Positions 1 through 7,992 of a stretch of 64,000 nt of DNA are shown one piece after another. The translations under genes and the position numbers were made by a program. The stretch spans positions 30,624 through 94,623 of the forward strand of contig DATMJC010000044.1 in NCBI GenBank assembly GCA_035554435.1, given 5' to 3'. Position 1 is the stretch's first letter, and the number at the start of each line of letters is the position of its first letter. The notes under the pieces were generated by a model, which was given only the letters and a program-made list of their open reading frames with translations, was not told the DNA's origin and did no database searches. Source of the DNA: Burkholderiales bacterium. Lineage in GTDB: Bacteria > Pseudomonadota > Gammaproteobacteria > Burkholderiales > SG8-39.

Positions 1-2
1 CG

Positions 3-191
3 CGCCCGATCGCTTTCGCCTTCGCCATCGAGATGGCGTTCATCGCGCTCACGGTCCAGTTGCCGAACGGCTACTTCTGGACCGCGCGCGGCGCCGAGTT
101 CGCCATCATGCTGTTCGCGATCTGCCTCGCGTTCGTCTTCGGCGGCGGCGGGCGCTACTCCCTCGACCGGCGGCTCGGGCGCGAATTCTGA
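3..191 (+). CDS. DoxX-family membrane protein, C-terminal fragment (gene begins upstream of window)
   Basis: Open frame from window edge to TGA at 189-191. Hydrophobic helices end in FVFGGGGRYSLDRRL, a tail typical of DoxX proteins. Confidence 0.55.
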   Translation, partial: RPIAFAFAIEMAFIALTVQLPNGYFWTARGAEFAIMLFAICLAFVFGGGGRYSLDRRLGREF

Positions 192-194
192 AGG

Positions 195-1178
195 TCACTC
201 GGGCTTGATGTTCGCCTGGGCGATGACGCGTCCCCACTTCGCGACTTCCTCGGCGAGCTCAGCCTGCAGCGACTCGGGCGTGCCGCCCGTCACTTCGATG
301 CCCTGCGCGGCAAGCTTGGCTCGGAGGTCGGCGAGCTGCAGCACCGCGTTGGTCTCGCGATTGAGCAGCACGACGATGTCCCGCGGCGTGGCTGCGGGTG
401 CATAGAGCGCGTAATCGGTCTGCGACACCACGCCCGGGACGCCCGCTTCCGCCATCGTGGGCAGCTCGGGCATGACCGCGGAGCGGCCGCGCGAGGCGAC
501 GGCGAGCGCGCGCAGCTTGCCCGACTTGAGGTGCGGGATGTAGGCCGGCAGGCTGTCGAGGGCCATGTCGACGCGGCCGTCGAGGAGATCGGGCAGGATC
601 TGCGTCGTGCCCTTATAGGGGACGTGCGTGAGCTGGATCGCGGCCGCCTGCTGGAACATCTCGCCGGTAAGGTGGATCAGCGCGCCGACGCCCGAAGAGG
701 CGAAGGTGTACTTGCCGGGGCTCGCCTTCGCCAGCGCGACGAAGTCCTTCACCGAGGCGGCGCGCGAGGCGGCGGGCACGACGAAGACGATGGTCCCGTA
801 GCCGATGCGCAGCACCGGGGCGAAATCGCGCTGGATGTCGAAGCCGCGCTGCGGATGCATGTGGTGCACGATCGCCTGGCTGCCGATCGGACCGACCAGC
901 AGCGTGTAGCCGTCGGGGGCGCTCTTCGCCGCCGCCTCGGTGCCGATGGTGGTGCCGGCGCCGGGCTTGTTGTCGATCACCACCGGCTGGCCCAGGCGCA
1001 CTGAAAGCTTCTCGCCCACGGCCCGCGCGACGATGTCGACGCCGCCGCCCGGCGGAAACGGCACGATGAAGCGGATCGGCCGCGCCGGGTACTGCTGCGC
1101 CCATGCAGAAGAAGGAAACGCCGCCGCAAACAGCGCGGCGGCGATCAGATGCGAAACGTTGAAGAGCGCTCTGGGCAT
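195..1178 (-). CDS. Bug/TctC-family tripartite tricarboxylate transporter substrate-binding protein (orphan)
   Basis: 327-aa ORF with signal peptide ending AWAQQ, then YPARPIRFIVPFPPGGGVDIVAR and NKPGAGTTIG, PDGYTLL, HVPYKG motifs characteristic of Bug receptors. Confidence 0.9.
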   Translation of the reverse strand: MPRALFNVSHLIAAALFAAAFPSSAWAQQYPARPIRFIVPFPPGGGVDIVARAVGEKLSVRLGQPVVIDNKPGAGTTIGTEAAAKSAPDGYTLLVGPIGSQAIVHHMHPQRGFDIQRDFAPVLRIGYGTIVFVVPAASRAASVKDFVALAKASPGKYTFASSGVGALIHLTGEMFQQAAAIQLTHVPYKGTTQILPDLLDGRVDMALDSLPAYIPHLKSGKLRALAVASRGRSAVMPELPTMAEAGVPGVVSQTDYALYAPAATPRDIVVLLNRETNAVLQLADLRAKLAAQGIEVTGGTPESLQAELAEEVAKWGRVIAQANIKPE

Positions 1179-1210
1179 GCCCGGATGATACCGGGCGATG
1201 CCCTTCGCTC

Positions 1211-1999
1211 TCAGTGGCGGCCGGAACGATCCGGGCGTTCTACGCGCTCTACGCGTTCCACTCGCTCGGCACGCTCGGCCCGCTCCGGGCGCTCGACGCG
1301 CTCGGCGCGCTCCGCGCGTTCGGCACGCTCGGGCCGGTCGGCGCCGCCGCGGCGGCCGCGCCGGTCGTCGGCGTCGACCCGCGCCACCCGGTCGACTCGC
1401 TCGGCGTTCCGGCCGCCGCCGGTGTCGGCCCTCACGACGCCGTCGCGCACCTCGAGGCGCACGCGCGCTCCGGTCGCGTCGACGCCGCGAATGCGCAGCC
1501 GATCGACCCCGGCTTGGGTGGCGAGCTGACGCGCCAAATCGGCCCGCTGGGCGGGGGTTAGCGTGCCGAAATCGATACCTTCGATTCTGGCGCGCAGCTC
1601 ACCTTCGTTGTTCCGCTGGACGCGGGCGTCGATTGCGCCGCGCAGGCGAACCTGGCGCTCGATCCCGTCGTTTGGCAGGAGCTTCGCGAGGTCGACCAGC
1701 AGGTTCTGGTTGCTGGCGAGGAGCGCGCTCACGTCCTGCGCGGTCAGTCCGCGGACTTGAATCTCGGTGGCGCCCGCGGCGATGCGGGCCTTGACGTCGT
1801 TGACGAGCTGGGTCTCGTTGATGGTGCCGTCGGCATTGCGCGGCACGGCGAGTTTCACCTCGAGTTCGTTCGCTTCCATCTGACGCTCGGCCAGCCGGTC
1901 GGCCTGGCGGTCTTCGCGCCGGTCTTCCTGCCGCACGTCCTGCGCCGCCGCGGCGGTCGCGAGCATGGCGAGGGCAATGGGGACGATGGTCTTGCGCAT
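1211..1999 (-). CDS. Secreted hypothetical protein with C-terminal ERAERP/ERVERP polyampholyte repeat tail
   Basis: 262-aa ORF with signal peptide MRKTIVPIALAMLATAAAAQ. The body is charged and helical; the tail reads GGADRPERAERAERAERVERPERAERAERVERVERVERPDRSGRH. Confidence 0.7.
   Translation of the reverse strand: MRKTIVPIALAMLATAAAAQDVRQEDRREDRQADRLAERQMEANELEVKLAVPRNADGTINETQLVNDVKARIAAGATEIQVRGLTAQDVSALLASNQNLLVDLAKLLPNDGIERQVRLRGAIDARVQRNNEGELRARIEGIDFGTLTPAQRADLARQLATQAGVDRLRIRGVDATGARVRLEVRDGVVRADTGGGRNAERVDRVARVDADDRRGRRGGADRPERAERAERAERVERPERAERAERVERVERVERPDRSGRH
1214..1348. repeat. Degenerate 6/18-nt tandem repeat (GCGCTC-type) encoding the ER(A/V)ERP tail
   Basis: Plus strand reads ...tacgcgctctacgcgttccactcgctcggcacgctcggcccgctccgggcgctcgacgcgctcggcgcgctccgcgcgttcggcacgctcggg..., a visible short-period repetition. 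Confidence 0.7.
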
Positions 2000-2036
2000 T
2001 GGGGGCTCCTTGCGGGTGGGTTACAGGATGCAGGCT

Positions 2037-2057
2037 ACGTGGGATAATTTCCCACGT
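2037..2057. promoter_or_regulatory. 21-nt palindrome ACGTGGGA-TAATT-TCCCACGT in a divergent promoter region; third half-site ATTTTCCCACG at 2077-2087; TATACT -10-like box at 2092-2097
   Basis: Perfect 8-bp arms read directly. Lies between the start of the 1211-1999 gene (-) and ATG 2111 (+). The half-site repeat sits about 30 nt downstream. Confidence 0.5.
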
Positions 2058-2110
2058 CAAGCGCTTTTGTGCGAAATTTTCCCACGACGGCTATACTGCG
2101 CCTCCAAGAT

Positions 2111-2944
2111 ATGACGCCGCCGAGCGCCCTTGTCGCCGCCCTGCGACACCTGTTGCGGCCGCTCGTGCGGCTGCTGACCGCGCAGGCCTTTACCTACCCG
2201 ATGCTCGCCGAGCTGCTGAAGCGGATCTACGTCGACGAGGCGGTACGCCACTTCGGGCTCGATGGCGAGCCGCCCACCGACAGCCGCGTAAGCCTGCTCA
2301 CCGGCGTGCACCGCAAGGATGTGAAACGGTTGCGTCAGTCGCGTACCGATGAGGGCGAAGCGATGCCGGAAATGGTGGCGCTCGGCGCGCAACTCGCCGC
2401 GGCGTGGACCACGCGCAAGGACCTGCGCGACGCACGCGGGCGGCCGCGCCCGTTGCCGCGGCTCGCGAGCCAGGGCGGCGCGCGCTCGTTCGAAGGTCTC
2501 GTGGCGAGCATCAGCAAGGACATCCGCGCGCGCCCGCTGCTCGACGAGTGGCTGCGACTCGGCGTAGTGAAGATCGACGAGCAGGACCGGGTGGTGCTGA
2601 AGAGCTCGGCGTTCGTGCCGAGCCGCGGCTTCGACGAGAAGGCGTTCTATTTCGGCCACAACCTGCACGACCACGTCGCCGCAGCCGCGCACAACATGGA
2701 AGCAAAAGGGGCGCCGTTCCTCGAGCGCAGCGTGCACTACGAGGGCTTGCAGAGCGCTTCGGTCGAGAAGCTCGCGGCGCTCTCCGAGAAGGACGGAATG
2801 GCGGCAGTGCAGGCGGTGTACGCGGAAGCGAAGGAATGCGATGCGCGCGACCGCAAGGCCGAAGGCCCGCGGCAGCGCATCACCTTTGGCATCTACTTCT
2901 ACAGCGAGCCCGCTCCGCCCAAGCCACCGAAGAAGGACGAATGA
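2111..2944 (+). CDS. Cytoplasmic HTH-like protein, resembles the DUF6502 family (putative regulator)
   Basis: The track ORF starts at GTG 2069, but ATG 2111 (MTPPSALVAALRHLL) lies downstream of the TATACT box. No signal peptide. The helix-turn-helix-like stretch is TDSRVSLLTGVHRKDVKRL. The stop overlaps the next ATG (ATGA at 2941-2944). Confidence 0.65.
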   Translation: MTPPSALVAALRHLLRPLVRLLTAQAFTYPMLAELLKRIYVDEAVRHFGLDGEPPTDSRVSLLTGVHRKDVKRLRQSRTDEGEAMPEMVALGAQLAAAWTTRKDLRDARGRPRPLPRLASQGGARSFEGLVASISKDIRARPLLDEWLRLGVVKIDEQDRVVLKSSAFVPSRGFDEKAFYFGHNLHDHVAAAAHNMEAKGAPFLERSVHYEGLQSASVEKLAALSEKDGMAAVQAVYAEAKECDARDRKAEGPRQRITFGIYFYSEPAPPKPPKKDE

Positions 2945-4053
2945 AGATCCTGCTCGCCGCATTGGTTTCGGCGCTCTGCGTCGCCTTCGCCGGCACGAGC
3001 GCCGGGGCTTGCAGCGATCCCGGCGGCATCGGCGGTACCGGCATCAACCCTGGCGGCACCGGCGCTACCGGGGTCGAACCCGGTGGAACGGGCGGTACCG
3101 GGGTCGATCCCGGCGGCATCGGCGGCACCGGGCAGCGCGCCGAGGCGGAGATTGGCGTGCTCGGGGTCATCACCGGTTTCGGCAGCATCTGCGTGAACGG
3201 CATCGAGGTGCACTACGACGCAGGCACGCCGGTGGCATTCAACGGCGACCTCTCTTCCGCCAAGGCGCTCGGCATCGGCCAGGTGGTCTCGGTGCTCGCG
3301 GTTGGAGCCGGCACGCAGGCGCGCGCAACCTGGATCGACATCGTCGACTCCGCGGTCGGGCCGGTCACCGCGGTGGAGAGTGCCGGCACGCTCCTCGAGG
3401 TCAACAAGCAGCGCGTGCGCATCGAGCCCTCCACGGTGCTCGGGGCGGGCCTCGAGCGCGCTCAGCTTGCGTCCGCGCACGTGGGCGATACTCTTCGCGT
3501 GAGCGGCCTGCGCAACGCCGACGGCACCATCGTGGCCACGCGCGTCGAGACCGCGGCGCCGGCAACGAGAGCGCTCGCCGCCGACGCGGCCGACCCCAGC
3601 CTCGGCCGGTTCGTCGTCGAAGGATACGTTTCGGACACTGCGCCGCAGGCGGTGCGCGTGGGGCCCACGCGCTTCAGCGTAGCGCCGGACACCGCTGCGC
3701 AGCTCAGCCGCGGGCAACTGGTTCGACTCTGGGGCCGCAGCGAAGGTGGCAATCGCATCGTCGAGCGGGCAGACTTTTTGAGCGGACCTTTCGACGTGCG
3801 GCCGCAGCGCACGCTGCGCATGGAGCCGCTCGGGACACGCCCGGGCGACGACCGGCGCGGCGGCGGCGACGGCGATCGCAGCGGCAGGGATTCGGGCGAC
3901 CGCAGCGGCCCTGGCGGCGGCGATCGGCCCGAGCGCGTCGATCGCAGCGGCCCCGGCGGCGGCGATCGGCCGGAGCGCGTCGAGCGCATCGACCGCAGCG
4001 GCCCTGGCGGCGGCGATCGGCCTGAGCGCGTCGACCGCAGCGGAAGAAGATGA
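2941..4053 (+). CDS. Exported (possibly lipo-)protein with DUF5666-like beta domains, N-terminal PGG(I/T)GGTG repeats and C-terminal DRSGPGGGDRPERV repeats
   Basis: The internal ATG at 2941 is in frame with track ORF 2404-4053. Signal peptide MKILLAALVSALCVAFAGTSAGAC. GFGSICVNGIEVHYD and repeated 'LxVxGxxVxV' segments match my memory of DUF5666 proteins. Confidence 0.75.
   Translation: MKILLAALVSALCVAFAGTSAGACSDPGGIGGTGINPGGTGATGVEPGGTGGTGVDPGGIGGTGQRAEAEIGVLGVITGFGSICVNGIEVHYDAGTPVAFNGDLSSAKALGIGQVVSVLAVGAGTQARATWIDIVDSAVGPVTAVESAGTLLEVNKQRVRIEPSTVLGAGLERAQLASAHVGDTLRVSGLRNADGTIVATRVETAAPATRALAADAADPSLGRFVVEGYVSDTAPQAVRVGPTRFSVAPDTAAQLSRGQLVRLWGRSEGGNRIVERADFLSGPFDVRPQRTLRMEPLGTRPGDDRRGGGDGDRSGRDSGDRSGPGGGDRPERVDRSGPGGGDRPERVERIDRSGPGGGDRPERVDRSGRR
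3019..3132 (+). repeat. 30-nt tandem repeat x3.8 encoding PGG(I/T)G(G/A)TG(I/V)(N/E/D)
   Basis: cccggcggcatcggcggtaccggcatcaac / cctggcggcaccggcgctaccggggtcgaa / cccggtggaacgggcggtaccggggtcgat / cccggcggcatcggcggcaccggg. Confidence 0.85.
3898..4044 (+). repeat. 42-nt tandem repeat x3 (one 9-nt spacer) encoding DRSGPGGGDRPERV
   Basis: Units at 3898-3939, 3940-3981 and 3991-4032 are near-identical (gaccgcagcggccctggcggcggcgatcggcccgagcgcgtc). A partial fourth unit reaches the stop codon. Confidence 0.85.
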
Positions 4054-4088
4054 ACACGAAGTTCAACCACATCATGGAGATTGTGCTC

Positions 4089-4913
4089 ATGCATCGGATT
4101 CAGCGCGGCCTCACGGCCGCGGCGGGGACTCTCTTGCTCGCGGGCAACGCGGCGGCGCAGACGGGCGCGCAAACGGCCGCGCAGGCGGTCGCGGGGCAGA
4201 CGGGCGCGGCGCAAACGAGCGTAGCAATAGGCGCTGAATACAGCACCGGCAAGTTCGGCGGAACCGAAACCACCGACACGCTCTACATCCCCGTCGTCAT
4301 CCGCCACGAGACCGGCCCCTGGGTGCTCAAGGCCACCGTGCCGTGGCTGCGCGTCACCGGACCCGGCAACGTGATCGGCGCGGGCGGCGATCGCGTGGTC
4401 GTGCCCGGCGCCACAGTGGCGCGCACCACCGAATCGGGCCTCGGCGATATCGTGCTGAGCGGCTTCTACAATCTCCTGGACGAGCGCAAGGGCGGCCTCG
4501 GCCTCGACCTCGGCGCGAAGGTGAAGCTGCCCACTGCGGACGACCAGAAACGCCTCGGCACCGGCGAGCTCGATTACGCGGTGCAGCTCGACTTCTTCAG
4601 GCCCATCGACGCGACGACGCTGTTCGGCTCGATCGGCTACCGGGTTTACGGCGACCCGGCCGGCATCACGCTGCGCGACGTGCCCTACGCCTCCATCGGC
4701 GCCTCCTACCGCATGTCGTCGCAGCAGAGCATCGGCGTGGCCTACGACTACCGGCCGCATATCGTGGAAGGCGGCGGGAAGGTGAGCGAGGTGACCGCGT
4801 TCTGGTCGAATCGCGTTTCGCCGCAGTGGAAGCTGCAGGTCTACGGCGTGGTCGGCTTCGCCGACGCGAGCCCCGACGCGGGCGTCGGCGCGCTGCTAGA
4901 GCGGCGGTTCTAG
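4089..4913 (+). CDS. Outer-membrane beta-barrel protein (MetA-pathway/'transporter'-like family)
   Basis: Signal peptide MHRIQRGLTAAAGTLLLAGNAAAQ, alternating beta-strand pattern and C-terminal ...GALLERRF (terminal Phe). An alternative ATG at 4050 overlaps the previous stop (ATGA) but gives a poor signal peptide. Confidence 0.65.
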   Translation: MHRIQRGLTAAAGTLLLAGNAAAQTGAQTAAQAVAGQTGAAQTSVAIGAEYSTGKFGGTETTDTLYIPVVIRHETGPWVLKATVPWLRVTGPGNVIGAGGDRVVVPGATVARTTESGLGDIVLSGFYNLLDERKGGLGLDLGAKVKLPTADDQKRLGTGELDYAVQLDFFRPIDATTLFGSIGYRVYGDPAGITLRDVPYASIGASYRMSSQQSIGVAYDYRPHIVEGGGKVSEVTAFWSNRVSPQWKLQVYGVVGFADASPDAGVGALLERRF

Positions 4914-4922
4914 AATAGGAGG

Positions 4923-6152
4923 ATGTCCGGGCCGAGCATCGACGCCCAGCGGCTCTGGTCCTCCCTCATGGGGCTGGCGAAGATCGGCGCCACGCCGAAG
5001 GGCGGCGTGCGCCGTGTCACGCTCACGCCCGCCGACCGCGAGGGACGCGAGCGCTTCGCCCTCTGGTGCCGCGAGGCCGGCCTCGAGCTGCGCGTCGACC
5101 CCATCGGCAACATGTTCGCGCGCCGCGCCGGGAAGGACGCCGGCGCTGCGCCCGTGGTCATGGGCAGCCATCTCGACACTCAGCCGAACGGCGGCCGGTT
5201 CGATGGCGCCTACGGCGTCATGGCCGGGCTCGAGGTGGTGCGGACGCTGAACGATGCGGGAATCGCGACGCGCGCGCCGCTCGAAGTGGCGTGCTGGACC
5301 AACGAGGAGGGCTCGCGCTTCGTCCCCACCATGATGGGCTCGGGCGTCTTCGCCGGGGTTTACGCGCTGGAGGACATTCTCGGGAACAAGGATACCGACG
5401 GCGTCAGCGTGCGCGAGGCGCTCGAGGCGACCGGCTACCGCGGCGAGGCGCGGCCGCACAGGGTCGGCGCGTACTTCGAGGCGCATATCGAGCAGGGACC
5501 GGTGCTCGAGGACACGCGCACTACCATCGGCGTGGTGCAGGGCGCCCTGGGCCAGCGCTGGTTCGACGTCCTCATCACCGGGCAGGACGCGCACGCCGGC
5601 CCGACGCCGATGCACCTGCGCAAGGACGCCATGCTCGCCGCGGCCCAGCTCACGCTGGAAGTGAACCGCATCGCGACCAGCTTTCCGGACTCCGCGCGCG
5701 GCACGGTGGGACACATGCAGGTCAAGCCCAATTCGCGCAACGTCATCCCTGGCGAGGTGCGCATGACCGTGGACCTGCGGAACGCTCGCGATGCCACGCT
5801 TTCTTCCATGAAACAGGAACTGGAGAAAACCGCTTCCGCCATTGCCCGCGAACGCCGGGTCGGGATTGAAATCAAGGAAGTGGTCTACTTCCCGCCGAGC
5901 GAATTCGCGCCCGAGCTGGTCGAGCGCGTGCGCGCGGCGGCGAAGCGGCTCGGCTTGAGCCACCGCGACATCGTGAGCGGCGCGGCGCACGACGCGGTCT
6001 ACCTCGCGCGCGTCGCGCCGACCGCGATGGTGTTCGTCCCCTGCGAGGGCGGCATCAGCCACAACGAGATCGAGAACGCGCGCCCCGAGGACCTCGCCGC
6101 GGGCTGCAGCGTCATGCTGGAAGCCGTCCTAGGCACCGCCGGGACCGCTTAG
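4923..6152 (+). CDS. M20-family Zn-dependent amidohydrolase (allantoate amidohydrolase / N-carbamoyl-amino-acid hydrolase type)
   Basis: 409 aa. Matching stretches are GGVRRVTLTPADREGRE, MGSHLDTQPNGGRFDGAYGV, NEEGSRF and a C-terminal CEGGISHNEIE. Confidence 0.85.
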   Translation: MSGPSIDAQRLWSSLMGLAKIGATPKGGVRRVTLTPADREGRERFALWCREAGLELRVDPIGNMFARRAGKDAGAAPVVMGSHLDTQPNGGRFDGAYGVMAGLEVVRTLNDAGIATRAPLEVACWTNEEGSRFVPTMMGSGVFAGVYALEDILGNKDTDGVSVREALEATGYRGEARPHRVGAYFEAHIEQGPVLEDTRTTIGVVQGALGQRWFDVLITGQDAHAGPTPMHLRKDAMLAAAQLTLEVNRIATSFPDSARGTVGHMQVKPNSRNVIPGEVRMTVDLRNARDATLSSMKQELEKTASAIARERRVGIEIKEVVYFPPSEFAPELVERVRAAAKRLGLSHRDIVSGAAHDAVYLARVAPTAMVFVPCEGGISHNEIENARPEDLAAGCSVMLEAVLGTAGTA

Positions 6153-6191
6153 CGGTACACTGCCCTCCCTGCCCGAGGGAGGAGCACCCCC

Positions 6192-7439
6192 ATGGATGAA
6201 AAGAGCGACGGTCGTCGGCGTTTTCTCGCGCAAGGTGCTGCCCTCGCAGGCGGCACAGCGTTCGCAGCGCTTTCGCCGCCCGGCGCGGCGCAGGAAATCG
6301 CGGGCCAGCCGTGGGAGCGCGTATACGGCGCGCCGTTCACCGGCTACGGGCAGCCGTCGAAATTCGAAGCGCCGGTGATACGCCACATCGGACGACCCTA
6401 CGGCGACCTTGCGCCAGGATCGGGCGCGGCGCTATCGCCGATCGAGTCGCTCGAGGGCATCATCACGCCGAGCTCGCTGCACAACATACGCAGTCACAGC
6501 GGCACGCCGGACATCGATCCCAAGGAGCACCGCCTGCTCATTCACGGCCTGGTCGCGCGGCCGCTCATGTTCACCGTCGATTCGCTGCTGAGCTACCCGA
6601 TGACCACTCGCACTCATTTCATCGAATGCTCGGGCAATAGCAGCCGCGCAACCACGCCGCAGCCCGCTCAGGTGCCGGCGGGCGCGATCCACGGCAATGC
6701 GGCGTGCAGCGAGTGGACCGGCGTTCCGCTGCGGGTGCTGCTCGAAGAGGCCGGCGTCGACGCGTCGGCCAAGTGGCTGCTCGCCGAAGGCGCCGACTCG
6801 GCGCACATGAGCCGCAGCATTCCGATCGAAAAGGCGTTCGATGACGCGCTGGTCGCGCTCTACCAGAACGGCGAGCGGCTGCGCCCGGAGCAGGGCTACC
6901 CGGTGCGCCTGTTTCTCCCCGGCTGGGAAGGCAACATGAGCGTGAAGTGGCTGCGGCGCATCAAGGCGACCGACGGCCCAACGCACACGAAGGACGAGAC
7001 CTCCAAGTACACCGATCCGCTTCCCGACGGACGCTCGCTGCAGTTCACCTTCGAGATGGGCGTGAAGTCGGTGATCACGCGTCCGTCTTCGACCATGACG
7101 CTGCCGCGCCCCGGCCTCTACGAGATCACCGGCCTCGCGTGGAGCGGCGCCGGTCGCATCCAGAAGGTCGAGGTTTCGACCGACGGCGGCGCGACATGGA
7201 CCGCCGCGACGCTGCTCGGAGAAGAACGGCCGAAGAGCTTCGTGCGCTTTCGCCTGCCCTGGGAATGGTCCGGCAAGCCGGCAGTGCTCCAGAGCCGAGC
7301 GACCGACGAGAAGGGGCGCGTGCAGCCCCCTCGCAAGGAATGGACCGCGCGCTATTCGCCCGACATGCGCTATCACAACAATTCGATCGTGAGCTGGGCA
7401 GTCGGCGCCGATGGGAAGGTGACGCATGTCTACGCGTAA
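6192..7439 (+). CDS. sorA: Sulfite dehydrogenase molybdopterin subunit (SorA-like, Tat-exported)
   Basis: Twin-arginine leader DGRRRFLAQGAALAGG. Sulfite-oxidase-family Cys motif HFIECSGNS, followed by a Moco-dimerisation-like C-terminal half. Confidence 0.8.
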   Translation: MDEKSDGRRRFLAQGAALAGGTAFAALSPPGAAQEIAGQPWERVYGAPFTGYGQPSKFEAPVIRHIGRPYGDLAPGSGAALSPIESLEGIITPSSLHNIRSHSGTPDIDPKEHRLLIHGLVARPLMFTVDSLLSYPMTTRTHFIECSGNSSRATTPQPAQVPAGAIHGNAACSEWTGVPLRVLLEEAGVDASAKWLLAEGADSAHMSRSIPIEKAFDDALVALYQNGERLRPEQGYPVRLFLPGWEGNMSVKWLRRIKATDGPTHTKDETSKYTDPLPDGRSLQFTFEMGVKSVITRPSSTMTLPRPGLYEITGLAWSGAGRIQKVEVSTDGGATWTAATLLGEERPKSFVRFRLPWEWSGKPAVLQSRATDEKGRVQPPRKEWTARYSPDMRYHNNSIVSWAVGADGKVTHVYA

Positions 7440-7971
7440 TCTCACCACCTTACTGTCACTAGTCGCGCTTGCCGCATGTACAGGGGTAATGCAAACGACC
7501 AGCAGCAAGCCGCCCGCTCTCGGCACGCCGGTCGGTGCGGCGGAGATTGCGCGGTGGGACATCAGCATCCCGCCGAGCGGCGCCGGCCTGCCCGCCGGCA
7601 GCGGCAGCGCGCGGCAGGGGCAGCAGGTCTACGAGCAGAAGTGCCTCGCCTGCCACGGCGCGAAAGGCGCCGGCAAGCCGGCCGACGCGCTCGCCGGCGG
7701 CGTCGGCACGCTCGCGAGCAAGACGCCGGTGCGCACCGTCGGCAGCTACTGGCCGTACGCGACCACGCTCTTCGACTATGTGCGCCGCGCCATGCCGATC
7801 AACAACCCCCTTTCGCTCACCAGCGACGAGGTGTACGCCGTGACCGCGTACGTGCTGGCGCTCAACGGCATCATCGGCGAGGACGCGGTGATGAACGCAC
7901 AGTCCCTGCCGCAGGTGAAGATGCCGAACCGCGACGGCTTCGTCAGCGACTGGCCACCGCGCGAGCGCTAG
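7426..7971 (+). CDS. sorB: Monohaem cytochrome c subunit (SorB-like)
   Basis: Overlaps the sorA end by 14 nt. Has a lipoprotein-like leader LVALAACT and a single CLACHG haem motif. 181 aa. Confidence 0.75.
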   Translation: MSTRNLTTLLSLVALAACTGVMQTTSSKPPALGTPVGAAEIARWDISIPPSGAGLPAGSGSARQGQQVYEQKCLACHGAKGAGKPADALAGGVGTLASKTPVRTVGSYWPYATTLFDYVRRAMPINNPLSLTSDEVYAVTAYVLALNGIIGEDAVMNAQSLPQVKMPNRDGFVSDWPPRER

Positions 7972-7992
7972 CCAAAGGCGCTTCCATACGGT

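Noticed and set aside
2404-2940. N-terminal extensions of track ORFs: 2404-4053, 9007-10563, 18415-20118, 21322-23046, 21328-23151, 31992-34445, 36930-39485, 38135-39889, 40587-42368 and 45072-46370.
   Set aside because: The extensions are low-complexity and overlap well-supported neighbouring genes. Internal starts give proper signal peptides or family N-termini, often with an SD or a 4-nt overlap with the upstream stop.
4050-4088. ATG 4050, which overlaps the upstream stop as ATGA, as the start of the OM barrel gene.
   Set aside because: It would add MNTKFNHIMEIVL ahead of an otherwise canonical signal peptide that starts at ATG 4089. The coupled start remains possible, so I note it but do not adopt it.
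6192-7971. SoxCD sulfane dehydrogenase as an alternative call for the molybdoenzyme and cytochrome pair.
   Set aside because: The cytochrome is small (181 aa) with a single CxxCH. SoxD is a larger dihaem protein, and no other sox genes are present. A SorAB-type sulfite dehydrogenase fits better, although only phylogeny could settle it.
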